Positions 20,154-31,536 are shown, counted from the stretch's first letter. The stretch is 64,000 bases of DNA from Chloroflexota bacterium (GCA_965221905.1 OZ244922.1:2560001-2624000); one strand, 5' to 3'. The notes: a model not told the origin generated them from the sequence alone. A program made the numbers and translations.

Positions 20154-21236
20154 CTAGCGCAACCGCTCGATCAGGGCATCCGCCACGCCCGACGTGCTGG
20201 CTGCGGTCGGATCGTTGCGGTCGGGCTTCATATCGTAGGTGACGTGCTTGCCCTCCGCGATAACGTCCGCGAGCGCTGTCTCCATCCGCTCCGCAGCCTC
20301 GCGCTCGCCAATGTGGCGCAGCATCATCACCGCGGAAAACATCTGGGCCATGGGGTTTACTTTGTTTTGACCCGTATACTTGGGCGCACTGCCGTGAATA
20401 GGCTCGAAGAGCGCCATTTGATCACCGATGTTCGCGCCCGGCGCCACACCAAGACCGCCCACCAGCCCGGCACAGAGGTCGGACAGAATATCGCCATACA
20501 AGTTCGGCATGACCATGACGTCGAATTGTTCCGGCCGGCGCACAAGCTGCATGCACGTAGCGTCCACTATCATGTCCCAAAACTCTATATCCGGGTAGTC
20601 TTCCGCTACTTCACGCGCCACACGGAGAAAGAGGCCGTCGGAGTGCTTCTGAATGTTCGCCTTGTGGATGGCCGTGACGGCCTTGCGTCCATTCGCCCGG
20701 GCGTACTCGAAGGCGAACTTTACAATGCGTCGGGAACCCTCTACTGAGATTGGTTTAATCGTAATGCCGGAGTCAGTAGGAATCTGGCTGCCGTGATGAG
20801 CGCGGATAAAGTGAATGAGCTCAAGCGCATTGCCGGCGCCTTCCTCGAACTCGATACCGGCATAGAGGTCTTCTAAATTCTCGCGCACCACCACTATGTC
20901 AATTTCGTCAAATCGGGTCTGCACACCGGCATAGCTCCTGCAAGGCCGCAAGTTTGCGTAGCACTCTAACTCCTTGCGCAAGGTCACGTTAAGGCTGCGA
21001 AACCCCGTGCCCACCGGCGTCGTGATCGGCCCTTTGATACCTACTTTGTTCCGGCGCAATGAATCGACCACGGACTGCGGCAGAAGCTCACCGGTCTTCT
21101 CAAATACGTGCAGGCCCGCTTCTTGGACGTCCCACGTTATGCCGACGTCCAACGCCTCAATTACGCGGCAGGTCGCGTCCGTAATCTCAGGACCCACACC
21201 ATCGCCCGGAATGAGGGTTATTGTATATCCCACCAA
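20154..21236 (-). CDS. icd: Isocitrate/isopropylmalate dehydrogenase family, likely NAD-type isocitrate dehydrogenase
   Basis: IPGDGVGPE, KGPITTP, SLNVTLRK, RENLED, HKANI, NLYGDILSD, EPIHGSAP. Confidence 0.75.
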   Translation of the reverse strand: MVGYTITLIPGDGVGPEITDATCRVIEALDVGITWDVQEAGLHVFEKTGELLPQSVVDSLRRNKVGIKGPITTPVGTGFRSLNVTLRKELECYANLRPCRSYAGVQTRFDEIDIVVVRENLEDLYAGIEFEEGAGNALELIHFIRAHHGSQIPTDSGITIKPISVEGSRRIVKFAFEYARANGRKAVTAIHKANIQKHSDGLFLRVAREVAEDYPDIEFWDMIVDATCMQLVRRPEQFDVMVMPNLYGDILSDLCAGLVGGLGVAPGANIGDQMALFEPIHGSAPKYTGQNKVNPMAQMFSAVMMLRHIGEREAAERMETALADVIAEGKHVTYDMKPDRNDPTAASTSGVADALIERLR

Positions 21237-21351
21237 GTGTTCTCCTGTTACTAGCTTTCTTCTATGCTCTTAGATGACTGCAAACACCCCGGAAAGGGCA
21301 CTTAGTTCAAGACTTCTTATACTACCTGGGGCTGGGTCTGCCTATCGCTGC

Positions 21352-21381
21352 GGTCGATTCGATTCAAGCGAATCGACCTAC
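21352..21381 (-). repeat. GTAG-tagged REP-like palindrome
   Basis: Minus strand GTAG-GTCGATTCG-CTTGAAT-CGAATCGAC. Confidence 0.55.
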
Positions 21382-21632
21382 CCTGCACCGGAATCTCTAC
21401 AGAAGGACACTGTTCACCGACGAGTGCGCATTCAAGTGCCCAGTTGGTGCGCTTGATGATTGCAGACCGCAGTGCACCTGCAATTGGCGCAATTGCTATT
21501 CCTATCTCGCATTATATACTGTGAGTATGTGGTTCGCCATTAACTGCCGAGGCGAAGGCTGCGGCAGGTGGCTTTGACATTGAGGACGGTGATCCACGTG
21601 AACCTGGTGTAGGACGTTTGGAGCTGATCGCC

Positions 21633-22091
21633 ATGAAACAGAAACTCACGTGGGTTTTCGTCATCGCATTTTCAGGACTGATCGGCCTTTTCATGCTCGT
21701 CCTAACCGCGCCTCGCAACCATGTCTACGATCCGCGCATTGACGAACGCAACACCTCCGTTGTGACAAAGAGGCCCCAGGAGATCATGGACGCAATTCTC
21801 ACGCAAGCCGAAGGTCTGCCCAAGCAGGACATCGCGCTCGTTGAAAATGATGGCAGGCTGCCTACTAGCGTACGCTACTACCCAATCCAGCGCTATACGG
21901 TTACGCGGGTGCGGATACTCGGCAATGAACCAATCTGGCTCGATGCCTTCATTCCCGAACCAACCTATGACTACATCATTACGGCCGACGTGGAGTACGC
22001 CGATCGGGACCTGCGGCAAATAAAAGTAGTCGTCACACGTCCGGGCATGTTCACGGGCTTTTCGATTCGCACCTCTCTCTTTAGTCCGTAG
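21633..22091 (+). CDS. Hypothetical membrane-anchored protein
   Basis: GGAG upstream; single N-terminal hydrophobic helix; no recognised motif. Confidence 0.6.
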   Translation: MKQKLTWVFVIAFSGLIGLFMLVLTAPRNHVYDPRIDERNTSVVTKRPQEIMDAILTQAEGLPKQDIALVENDGRLPTSVRYYPIQRYTVTRVRILGNEPIWLDAFIPEPTYDYIITADVEYADRDLRQIKVVVTRPGMFTGFSIRTSLFSP

Positions 22092-23090
22092 GCTGCTTAG
22101 CTTGCGTGACTCCCTTTAGTTGACGTTGCCGCTGCAGGACCTCCATTGGGTGCGGTACCGGCTCCATGCGAGCAAGCATTTCCTCGGCGGATATGCGCCG
22201 CAACTCACTCTGTTGCTTTCCGTCACGGAGCATCTGGGACAAGCCTCGAAGAGCGGCAATGCGCCCCGCAATCGGGGCGAGAGTGCGAGTGCCGGCCACC
22301 GTCACCGGCATGCCGGCTAGGTCAAAGAACATAATCGCCGGAAGGTACCGCAGTAAACCGGGCCAAGGGTAATTCTTCGCGAGAAGCCAGACCTTGTTTC
22401 GGCCCAGAAAGCGCAGCTTGAAGGCCGATCCTGCCTGAGACGTGCCCGAATACGCGTGAAGCACCTCCGCCTCCGGGACGTATAGAGCGCGCCATCCCGC
22501 CACTGCGCCCGCCATGCGAGATCGACGTCTTCAAGGTAAGCGAAGAAACGTTCGTCGAAGAGCCCTATGTCATCCAGCAACTTCCGCCGGTAGAGTGCCG
22601 CCCCCGCAGAAGCGCCGAACACCTCTGCCTTAGCACTTGCTTCTTCAACCGGATCACCACAGTGCCGATCCCAGGCAAGTCCGGCACGATCGACAACGAG
22701 CCCAGCCGAATTGATAACGTGCGGTTGCTGCCAAAAACACATCTTGGAAGCAAACGCGCCGTAGTCGGCATGGGCGTCAGCCGCCTTTACGAGGGATGAG
22801 AGCCAGCGCGGCCGGGGCAACGTATCGTTGTTCAGCGTGGCGACAAACTCAGTGCGCGTCGCTCGCATGGCGGCGTTATTGGCCGCCGCGAATCCAAGGT
22901 TCCGCTTGTTGCGGATTACGTGAATCGTAGGATAACAGCGGTCCAGGTAGTCCGTAGTGCCGTCGCTGGAACCGTTATCAACGACCACTACCTCAAAGTC
23001 AACCTCCTCTTGCGCCATCAACGCAGGCAGACACTGCTGCAGGTGTGTGAGACCGTTCCACGTGGGAATTACGACTGAGACTCGGGCCAT
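22081..23090 (-). pseudogene. GT2 glycosyltransferase split by a 1-bp frameshift near 22500
   Basis: VSVVIPTWNG...EDVDLAWRAQW continues in another frame as AGWRALYVPEAEVLH; one G missing in CAGTGG(G)CGGGA. Confidence 0.8.
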
Positions 23091-23377
23091 AGTGACTTCT
23101 GCTTAGGACTCCCTTTTGCCTGCTCTACACATTCTCTATACAATTGAGCCTAGACATCAAGCAAGCGGTACGCCGCCGTCTACCTCCTTTTTGAAATTAA
23201 GAGCGGCCGTGCGAACTTGTGCACGGCAGTGCGAATGAGGGAATTGAAGCCTATTCGCACACTCCGGAAGTGTGGTCGTCATCAGGTTGTTCAGGCGGTT
23301 GCCTGACCCCACCTCCGAGCCGGAAGTATCTTGTCTACTATACCCACAAGGCAATGTTTGGAGTGCAGTAAAGTCCT

Positions 23378-24079
23378 ATGCAAGCCATTATCCTCGCAGG
23401 AGGACTAGGAGAGCGACTGCGACCGTTTACGTCCGACCGTCCGAAGACGATGGTCCAGATAGCAGGCGTGCCAATCCTCGCCTATCAGCTCGCCTGGTTG
23501 AAAGCCGCTGGGGTCAATCGCTTTGTAATTTCATGCGGATACCGGCACGACGTGATCCAAGAGCACTTTGGCGATGGCGAGCGGCTCGGCGTCCAAATCG
23601 AGTACGCAATCGAGTGGGAAAAACTCGGCACGGGCGGTGGGCTGAAGCTCGCGCTTGGATCGGCGGATGCCGCTGAGCCCTTTATCCTTGCCACGAACGG
23701 CGACATACTTACCGATCTAGACATTGCTTCGCTCGTAGACTTGCACGTGGCGGGCGAGAATCTGGCGACGATATCCCTCACCCAGTTGCAAAGCCCGTAC
23801 GGCATCGTCGACTCAAACGATGTGCACAAGGTTACCGCATTCCACGAGAAACCGCTCTTACCCTATTGGCTGAGTGCCGGCATCTACGTGCTTTCTCCGG
23901 CCATCCGAAGTCTATTGCCGGACAAGGGCGATCACGAGCGGAGCACGTTTCCCCAGGTTGCCCAAGATGGCAAACTCGGCGCCTACAAGGCGACCGCGTA
24001 CTGGCGCGCCGTCGATACGGCCAAGGACCTTTCTGAAGCTGAGAGCGAGCTAATCGCACACCCATTGCCCCATGTCTAA
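23378..24079 (+). CDS. Sugar-phosphate nucleotidyltransferase family protein
   Basis: AIILAGGLGERLRPFT..RPK, LGTGG, NGD, AGIY. Confidence 0.9.
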   Translation: MQAIILAGGLGERLRPFTSDRPKTMVQIAGVPILAYQLAWLKAAGVNRFVISCGYRHDVIQEHFGDGERLGVQIEYAIEWEKLGTGGGLKLALGSADAAEPFILATNGDILTDLDIASLVDLHVAGENLATISLTQLQSPYGIVDSNDVHKVTAFHEKPLLPYWLSAGIYVLSPAIRSLLPDKGDHERSTFPQVAQDGKLGAYKATAYWRAVDTAKDLSEAESELIAHPLPHV

Positions 24080-24809
24080 GGATTCAGAAACAGGGAAAAG
24101 CACCGGTTTCGACTATGCGCCTTGGGAACAAGAGCTCGACAGTGAGACTCTTAAGCAGTCTATGCAGGTCTACTACGACGAGCGCGCCGGCGAATACGTA
24201 GACTGGTTTCTGCGCACAGGGCTCTACGACCGACCGGAAACAAATGAACCGTTTCTTAGCGGCCTGCGGCAACTTGAGGAAGACGTTGCTGCATTTGGTG
24301 AAGGGCGCGTATTGGAAATCGCCTGCGGCATTGGCTGGTGGACTTCGCTCCTTGCCCAATCCGGTCGAGAGGTAGTTGCCCTTGACTACGGTCCCCGCAT
24401 GTTGGCGGAGTGCCGCAAGCGGCTTGCCCTGAACGAAACCCATGCTGCGCTTGTGCGCGCCAGCGCCTATGCGCTACCGTTTGCCGACAACTCTGTCGAC
24501 AGTTGTTTTTTCGGGTTCTTCTTCAGCCACGTGCCTCACGAAGATGTCTCTCCTTTTCTCAGCGAAGTGAGTCGCGTCGTTCGTCCCGGCGGCAGCGTAT
24601 GCATCATCGACTCGAGCCTGCCGACGCTCGACCTCGTTGAAACCGAGATTCAACGCCGTCCCCTCACTGACGGCTCGCTCTACCCCGCCCTCAAGGTCTA
24701 TTACGGTACAAAAGGACTCTCCCAAGTACTAGGACCGTTTGCGGAGGACCTAGAGATCAAGAAAGTGGAAGGCCTTTTCATCACTGCCCACTACCGAACG
24801 CGAGCATAG
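24072..24809 (+). CDS. Class I SAM-dependent methyltransferase
   Basis: VLEIACGIG, LPFADNSVD, RVVRPGG. Confidence 0.88.
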   Translation: MSKDSETGKSTGFDYAPWEQELDSETLKQSMQVYYDERAGEYVDWFLRTGLYDRPETNEPFLSGLRQLEEDVAAFGEGRVLEIACGIGWWTSLLAQSGREVVALDYGPRMLAECRKRLALNETHAALVRASAYALPFADNSVDSCFFGFFFSHVPHEDVSPFLSEVSRVVRPGGSVCIIDSSLPTLDLVETEIQRRPLTDGSLYPALKVYYGTKGLSQVLGPFAEDLEIKKVEGLFITAHYRTRA

Positions 24810-24872
24810 CGCTTGTGGGGAAACCTCAAGAGTAATCCGTTCTCACGGAGACCTGGAGAGACTCCTGGGCCG

Positions 24873-26660
24873 TTATTCAGTGGGTGGCGGCAAGTGCCAG
24901 GCGGAGAGCCGGTTTTCCTCGTCCAGCACCACCAGAAGATTGCCGTCCGTGGCCACGGCGAAGTCGCGGATCGGCGCCAGGGGGCTCACTGTCCCGAGGA
25001 TGCTGCCGTCGAAGCGGACAACAACCAACCGGATGTTATCCGATAGACCGATAAGGTAATCGCGATTGGCCACAATCTGCGACACAGGTACAGAGTCCTG
25101 CGTCCACAACCGGCGGCCATCTTGGAAGAACGCGGTGATGCCCTGCACGCCACCGACATAGATGATGTCCCCTGGTTGAGAAACCGTCAGTGCGCGTCCG
25201 CGTGCCGCAGCCTGCCATTCAATCTGCTGCGACTCTATGTCGAACTGGCTGACGTGCCTTTGGGTAAGGACAACGAGCTTCTCGTTAAGCCCAGCGATTG
25301 CGACACGAACGACGGGCTCAGCTAGGTCTGAGCCCATCACTTGCTCGCCGCGTTCATTCAGCACAATGACGTGAAACCGGCCCTCGCCGACTGCTCCCAG
25401 CGCAATCTTCGTACCATCCGAGGAAAGGTAATAAGTATTCACACCAAGGGAAACTGGTGTAACCCATGTTAAGCCGGATTCACTGAAGCCGAAGGCCTGT
25501 CCCAGTCCTTCCGCATTTGACGTGGACGCAACCATGAATTGACCGTTATTGCTTATTGCAGCACTCTCCAGGATTACGTTGTACTCATCCAGCGAGTCAC
25601 GCCAGCGTACGCTTCCATCCCCATCAAGCGACTGTGCGCCGATTCCTGCCGCAAATATCCCCTCGCCTTCTCGCGTAACTGCTAGCGCATACGTTGGCAG
25701 GGCAAGGGTTTGAGTCCACTGACGGTCTCCCTGCCCTGTACGGCGCTGGATTGTGCCGCTGGTATCGCCGACAAGCACAACGTTCCCATCGGGAGAGACG
25801 GCGATGAAGTGCGCCGGCTGTTCCACCACGTGAACCCAGGCCAACTCCCGCCAGATTCGGCCCTGTACAGGCGAGACCTCGGTAGCGCGAAATTCATACA
25901 CAGCAACTTCGTGAATGGCGGCCTGGATATTGCGTTCCCGCCACTGCGCCGCGACCGCTTGCGCCTCCGCCGCAGCGCGAAAAGGCCCCAGCCAGACCGT
26001 GGGCAGTTCACCTTCACTGATCACCGCATCGAATGAGGTTGCCGCCGCCTGGGCGTCTTGGGCCTCTTCGATGTTTGGAAACGGCCCCAGCGCTACGCGA
26101 AAGACAGCAGTTGACTCCGCAACGATTTCGATACGTCCCGCCTGAAGATATAGGTCGAGAAGCGTCGGGCCTTGCTCGAGAGTCGTGTTGGCGAGAAAGT
26201 CTTCGAGTTGAACGTGCGCATAGGCGAGCTGGGCATAGGCCGCGGCTAAGGCATCATCCTGATTGGTGTCGACATAGCGGCGGAATTCCCTTGCAGCGCG
26301 CGTGAGAGGGTCAATGGCCTCGAGCAAGTCGACAGAGTTCTGCCCGGAACCACCCTCGATAACATCAACGACTTGCTGAGCCAAGGCCTGAATTTCGGGA
26401 ATGAGAAAGCCAAGAGCTACACGATACCTGCTTGGAGGAAGCGCATGACGCAAGAACGCCAGGTTGTTGATATTAAGGCGCCGGACGATGAGGATGGCGT
26501 CTCGCGAAATCTGCTCGACGCGCTGATTTGCCGGCTCTATGGATTCTTGGGGAGCCTCAATTGGGGAAGATGACGAAGGAAATAAACTGCAACTGGGGGA
26601 AAAGAAGAGAATTAGTGAGCAAAGGGCCAACGATCTTGCAATTCGCACTGGACCGGACAT
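24873..26660 (-). CDS. Secreted protein with SPOR-like segment and C-terminal PQQ/WD-type beta-propeller
   Basis: N-terminal signal; RVALGPF/VWLGPF..AEA (SPOR-like); repeated AVSPDG/DG..RW blades. Confidence 0.6.
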   Translation of the reverse strand: MSGPVRIARSLALCSLILFFSPSCSLFPSSSSPIEAPQESIEPANQRVEQISRDAILIVRRLNINNLAFLRHALPPSRYRVALGFLIPEIQALAQQVVDVIEGGSGQNSVDLLEAIDPLTRAAREFRRYVDTNQDDALAAAYAQLAYAHVQLEDFLANTTLEQGPTLLDLYLQAGRIEIVAESTAVFRVALGPFPNIEEAQDAQAAATSFDAVISEGELPTVWLGPFRAAAEAQAVAAQWRERNIQAAIHEVAVYEFRATEVSPVQGRIWRELAWVHVVEQPAHFIAVSPDGNVVLVGDTSGTIQRRTGQGDRQWTQTLALPTYALAVTREGEGIFAAGIGAQSLDGDGSVRWRDSLDEYNVILESAAISNNGQFMVASTSNAEGLGQAFGFSESGLTWVTPVSLGVNTYYLSSDGTKIALGAVGEGRFHVIVLNERGEQVMGSDLAEPVVRVAIAGLNEKLVVLTQRHVSQFDIESQQIEWQAAARGRALTVSQPGDIIYVGGVQGITAFFQDGRRLWTQDSVPVSQIVANRDYLIGLSDNIRLVVVRFDGSILGTVSPLAPIRDFAVATDGNLLVVLDEENRLSAWHLPPPTE

Positions 26661-26701
26661 AGCGGGAACCTATACGACGGGGCTAATCGAAACAATACTT
26701 C

Positions 26702-27514
26702 CTAGAAGTCTTCCTCCATCATCTTAAGATCCTCATGCTCAATAGTCTCAGTTTGAAGATCGGCCCAATCATCAGAACCATCATGGCTGTCGGCGGTTTC
26801 GCTTGCGATGGCCACTGCGGAATGTCGGACACGCGCAAATCTGGCGCCCTGGCTGCGACTCCGACTAGGGAAGGAATGTTGGCCGACCTGGCTGGGGTGT
26901 TGATACGTCTCTTTGATTACTACGTAAATGTCGCCACTCTGTAACCCCACCACCGCAGCGGCGTAGCAATTGCCGGAGTCAATAAGATAACCTAGCCGCT
27001 GTGCGAGCGCGGCGTCGAGCTGTCCCAGCGGCTGGCCGCTACGATTCAAAACCCGAATGCTATTGACATGCTTCTGCAATCGCAACGGATCACCCGGCAA
27101 TGGCAGCACGTTACAGGTCCTTCCAGGTAGCGGAAGCACTTTTACAATCGTGGACTTGCCGGATTCCGCTATGAAGATATCCGCCGGCACATGCGGAATA
27201 TCGTCGGTGTTGCCAGTGTCATAGATGATATCCAACGAGGATTCCAGCCTCTGTAGATTTCGTCCGGCAATCGCGTTTTCCGGATCGAGCTCAAGCGCCT
27301 GCCGATAGCTCTCTTTGGCATCCTGCAGCAGCCCCAGTTCCCAGAGAGCCTTGCCCAGGCGATTGTGGGCATCAACGTCCTCCGGACAGAGCCTTACGAT
27401 TGACCGATTGATCTTCTCAGCTTCAGCCCAGCGGTGATGTGCGGCGCATTGGATTGCTTGTTGCTCCCAATACCGCTTGAAACGGGTACGGTCAGTGCTA
27501 ATGACTTGTGACAT
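26702..27514 (-). CDS. TPR protein with acidic tail
   Basis: AHNRLGKAL..LG...AKESYRQALELDPEN; FIAESGKS. Confidence 0.75.
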   Translation of the reverse strand: MSQVISTDRTRFKRYWEQQAIQCAAHHRWAEAEKINRSIVRLCPEDVDAHNRLGKALWELGLLQDAKESYRQALELDPENAIAGRNLQRLESSLDIIYDTGNTDDIPHVPADIFIAESGKSTIVKVLPLPGRTCNVLPLPGDPLRLQKHVNSIRVLNRSGQPLGQLDAALAQRLGYLIDSGNCYAAAVVGLQSGDIYVVIKETYQHPSQVGQHSFPSRSRSQGARFARVRHSAVAIASETADSHDGSDDWADLQTETIEHEDLKMMEEDF

Positions 27515-28087
27515 TTCTCTTGGCCTCACACAAACAGGTACGAATTACACACGAAGTTGCGAAAAACAGCATGGCACGCATGCCGAACAGTGGGAAAACT
27601 AACCACAGACACACTGCTCCCTAGGAAACCGAAGGGGAGCAATCTCAGACTGCATCAGTGCTACAATTGACTTAAACTAGAGGATAGTTACAAGTCAATG
27701 CGCCCATCTACTATAGCATAAGATTTCGCGATGTCACTAGTGACGAGACAAAAAAGTGTTAAAATACTGGATTCTTTCGGAATGTCAGGTGGACCATTCG
27801 ATTTCTCCACCAATAGCACCCGTAAGTTAAGTAAGACCACGCGCAATGCATGACAGATTCCTTGCTAAGAGTACAATGGCGGAACTACAGTCTTAGAGGA
27901 TAGAATCAGTAGTACCTGTTATGTCGTGTTCGGTCGCGCATGTAGGCCGACCAAGTGAGAAGACATCCAGGCAGTCGATCAAGATTCAGTTTCCGCCACT
28001 TGATGAACCGCCCGCGAATTGACGCGCAAAGCGCTTGCACAAGGAGTCAGCCGGCTTGCTGAGAGTTACGCGGAAAGCGCCGCTGCC

Positions 28088-29053
28088 ATGGGCGTGACCG
28101 CGAGTGTGCTCATTCCAACCTGGAACGGCAAGGAGTTGCTGCGCCCCTGTATAGATTCCCTTTCTCACCAGACATTCCGAGATTTCGAAGTCGTCGTAGC
28201 GGAGAATGGTTCCACCGACGGCACACGCGACATGCTGGAGCAAGAGTACCCCTGGGTCCGCGTCGTCGCCCTCGATCGCAACTATGGCTTTGCGCGCGGT
28301 GTGCATGCGGCATATGACGCTGCCACAGGGAACCTAATCGTGTTACTCAATAACGATACAGAAACCGCCCCTACGTGGCTTGAAGAGCTTGTGGCCGCGG
28401 CAAACAAGCATCCTGAAGCGGGATATTTTGCGTGCAAAATCCTCTTGCAGCAGGATCGCAGCCGCCTCCACTCTGCGGGTGACTATTATGGCTTCGACGG
28501 CATACCCGGCAATCGCGGTATCTGGGAGCGGGACGGTCCCTCATTTAGCGAGCGCGGGTGGGTGTTTGGCGCGCAGGGGGCAGCCTGTGCGTATCGCCGG
28601 AGCCTTCTGGATGCCGTCGGCTTCTTCGATGAAGATTTCGTATCCTATTGTGAAGACGTTGACCTCAACTGGCGGGCAAACCTTCGCGGCTACCGGTGCC
28701 TCTACGTACCCGAAGCGCACGTCTACCACCACGTCTCCGCGACCGGAGGAGGAAAGCTGGCGAGTTATTACTGCGGGCGAAACTTCATTGCCGTTGCTGT
28801 GAAGGACGTTCCAGGGCCCTTCTGGCGGCGATACTGGAAAGAAATGCTCAAACAGCAACTAGCGATCACCCTCGCGGCACTGCGGAGCTATCGAGGCGAA
28901 GCGGCGCGCGCACGATTGCGCGGACAGCTAGCGGGTCTCGCTCTCTCACCCCGCATGCTCCGCAAGCGCCGCGCCGTACAGAAGCAGATTTCAATAGATT
29001 TGGCGCAGGTAGAGAAGCTGATGGGCCCCTGGATAGTGCCTTTGGATCAGTGA
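28088..29053 (+). CDS. GT2 glycosyltransferase
   Basis: SVLIPTWNG, NYGFA, LLNND, EDVDLNWR. Confidence 0.9.
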   Translation: MGVTASVLIPTWNGKELLRPCIDSLSHQTFRDFEVVVAENGSTDGTRDMLEQEYPWVRVVALDRNYGFARGVHAAYDAATGNLIVLLNNDTETAPTWLEELVAAANKHPEAGYFACKILLQQDRSRLHSAGDYYGFDGIPGNRGIWERDGPSFSERGWVFGAQGAACAYRRSLLDAVGFFDEDFVSYCEDVDLNWRANLRGYRCLYVPEAHVYHHVSATGGGKLASYYCGRNFIAVAVKDVPGPFWRRYWKEMLKQQLAITLAALRSYRGEAARARLRGQLAGLALSPRMLRKRRAVQKQISIDLAQVEKLMGPWIVPLDQ

Positions 29054-29387
29054 TTATTGAAGAGAGTGTCCCAAACGCGCACGGTACACGATATGCGCAA
29101 TCAAGAGACGTAGACTACTACGCGGAATTCAACCGGATTCGGGCACTAGGCATTTCAGGTTCAGCAGCACCATGCCAGCCACAGCGAAAACTATGAGCGC
29201 CCGCGATTGCGCCGAGAAGAGAAGGCAGCATTGAATGGAATCTCCCGGCTGCTCTCGCTCTGCATTTGAGGCTGAGAATCGGCCGTGTAGACCCTGGTTG
29301 CGCAGAGTTCGTACAATAGAACGTGAATGGACTGCTTGTTTTCAAATTGCTTCGCACTACATGTAATCATCAGGAGTGGATTCGTCA

Positions 29388-29744
29388 ATGAAATTCCTCA
29401 AGCGCTTTCTCTCCGGCCCAAGCGGCGAATCAGGTTCCGGCGCCGATCCAAACTTACTCTGGTTTTACGTGCAATGTAAGCGTTGCGGGGAGACCATTGC
29501 CGTGATGGCGCGCAAGGGATACGACCTTGTAGAAGAGTACGAGGAGTCGGGCAGCAGCGATGCACCCACCGGCTACAGTCTTTTGAAAGACGTCATGGGC
29601 CGCAGCGACACGTGCTTCCAGCACATGCGAATCGAAGTCCACTACAACACAAAGTATGAAGAGCAGAGCAGACACATCGAGGGCGGTAGCTTCATTACCG
29701 CTGATGAGTACCGCGCCGGCGCCAACGGTGATGAACAGCTCTAG
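29388..29744 (+). CDS. Hypothetical protein with CxxC (possible Zn ribbon)
   Basis: AGGAG upstream; YVQCKRCGE...TCFQ. Confidence 0.7.
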   Translation: MKFLKRFLSGPSGESGSGADPNLLWFYVQCKRCGETIAVMARKGYDLVEEYEESGSSDAPTGYSLLKDVMGRSDTCFQHMRIEVHYNTKYEEQSRHIEGGSFITADEYRAGANGDEQL

Positions 29745-30014
29745 CATTTATCAGCACAGATCGTGAATATCGGTATACATGACAATTGCTCAGGGCCGCT
29801 TGCCTCAACATCCTACGTCGTGGAATTTCCCCTACCAACCTTGAGGAAATTATGGAAGTCGCCCTTTTGCATTCGAGAATGATTATCCTCCATAGATTCC
29901 AAACCGGTGCAACCACGCGCCCGATGCCTTGGAAACGCCGCAGCCTGAGGACGACGAGAGAAGGCTAGCGCATAGAACGCGGGAATCACGTACTGAAAGA
30001 GTATAGAGCCTGCA

Positions 30015-31451
30015 ATGAGCTTGGGACTACCGGCCGGTCTCTTCCGAAGTGAAGCAATTGCCCATGCCGTATGGACGAGTTTCTTTCTCCTGGTCGCGGT
30101 GCTGATAGGCGCCGTCATCGGCTGGGGGGCGGTAAGTTTATCGCCGTTTACACTGCTCTTTCTGCTGGTGGGACTCATTGGAAGCATTGCCGTGGCCTTC
30201 TCCCCCGGCTTGGCAATTATCGGGCTGATGGCGATAGTGTGGCTGCTGCCATTCGGCACCTTGCCGTTCCGCATTGGCTTTCGATTCAGTCTTCTCGATC
30301 TAGCAACGGGGGCTCTATTGCTCCTCTTTACGTGGCAGGTATGCACCCATCGCCAGCGCATACCGGTTCGTCCCGCCATTATCGCCGTTACACTCTACGC
30401 TATATTGCTCATAGTTTCTGCAGGTAACGGCCTGCGGTTCGGTGTGACCGAGGACGCACTTACGCTCTCAACAAAACTGGTCTCAAGTGCCTTATTGTTC
30501 GTGATGCTCACCGCCTGGCTGCAAACAGCCGGCGGCATACGGCGCGCGGCAGCGTGGTTTCTTGCATTTGCGGCGGGGGAGGCCCTCATTGGGGTGGCGC
30601 TTTACTTCTTACCCGCGGGCCACACTATTGGAATACTCTCGCGATTGGGGCGCATAGGCTATCCGGTGGGAGGCAGTGTGCTACGGTACATTGCCGACAC
30701 GCCGTTGCTCCGCGCTACGGGAACAAGCATCGATCCCAATCTGCTCGGTGGCGCTTTGGTTTTCGCAATTGCCTTCGGGTTTGCGCTTTGGGCACGTCAA
30801 CCAAGGCGCTGGTGGCTGCTCGGCATGCTGGGCCTCTTTCTGCTGTGCCTCCTCCTCACGCGATCACGCGCTGCCTTGCTTGGGAGTGGCGCGGCCATTA
30901 TCGCTCTCACAATTCTGCGCTACCGCGCGCTGCTGTGGCTTTACCCACTCGGCGGACTGGCAATCGTCGCTTTACCGCAAACTCGCGCCATGCTCATGCA
31001 TCTGTTGTCCGGTTTTCGTGCACAGGATCGCGCGGCGGCGATGCGGTTGGACGAATACGCAAAGTCACTCCAACTCATCCGAGAGCACCCTTGGATTGGT
31101 GTGGGATTTGGGCCCCCGCCTACCTTAGACACCTTCCTTGGTGTCTCAAGTATTTACCTGCAGCTCGCCGAATTTGGTGGGCTGCTCACGCTCGCTGCCT
31201 TCGGCCTGGCTGTCGGAGCGGCACTCGCCGCCATGTGGCAAGGATGGCGCAAGGGTGTGCCGCCTGAAACTGAGTGGGTAGTACTTGGCGCCGGTGCCGG
31301 ACTGCTTGGCGTGCTTGTAACAGGACTATTCGATCATTACTACGTATCCCTCCCTCACATGGCGACGATGTTCTGGTTTGTTGCCGGGATTGGCGTCGCT
31401 GCGGCTTGGGTACGGCCCGGCCCAGAGTACACTGCCGGCGATCTACCATGA
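30015..31451 (+). CDS. O-antigen ligase/Wzy-like polytopic membrane protein
   Basis: Many TM helices; RATGT..DPN, TRSRA, HPWIGVGFG, LAEFG. Confidence 0.8.
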   Translation: MSLGLPAGLFRSEAIAHAVWTSFFLLVAVLIGAVIGWGAVSLSPFTLLFLLVGLIGSIAVAFSPGLAIIGLMAIVWLLPFGTLPFRIGFRFSLLDLATGALLLLFTWQVCTHRQRIPVRPAIIAVTLYAILLIVSAGNGLRFGVTEDALTLSTKLVSSALLFVMLTAWLQTAGGIRRAAAWFLAFAAGEALIGVALYFLPAGHTIGILSRLGRIGYPVGGSVLRYIADTPLLRATGTSIDPNLLGGALVFAIAFGFALWARQPRRWWLLGMLGLFLLCLLLTRSRAALLGSGAAIIALTILRYRALLWLYPLGGLAIVALPQTRAMLMHLLSGFRAQDRAAAMRLDEYAKSLQLIREHPWIGVGFGPPPTLDTFLGVSSIYLQLAEFGGLLTLAAFGLAVGAALAAMWQGWRKGVPPETEWVVLGAGAGLLGVLVTGLFDHYYVSLPHMATMFWFVAGIGVAAAWVRPGPEYTAGDLP

Positions 31452-31536
31452 TGCTATGATTGATTCAGGATCTGAACTTTTCCGGCTTCCCAAACCCCCA
31501 TGTAGAAAGCAAAGTCGCGCCCGAGACTAGCAACGT

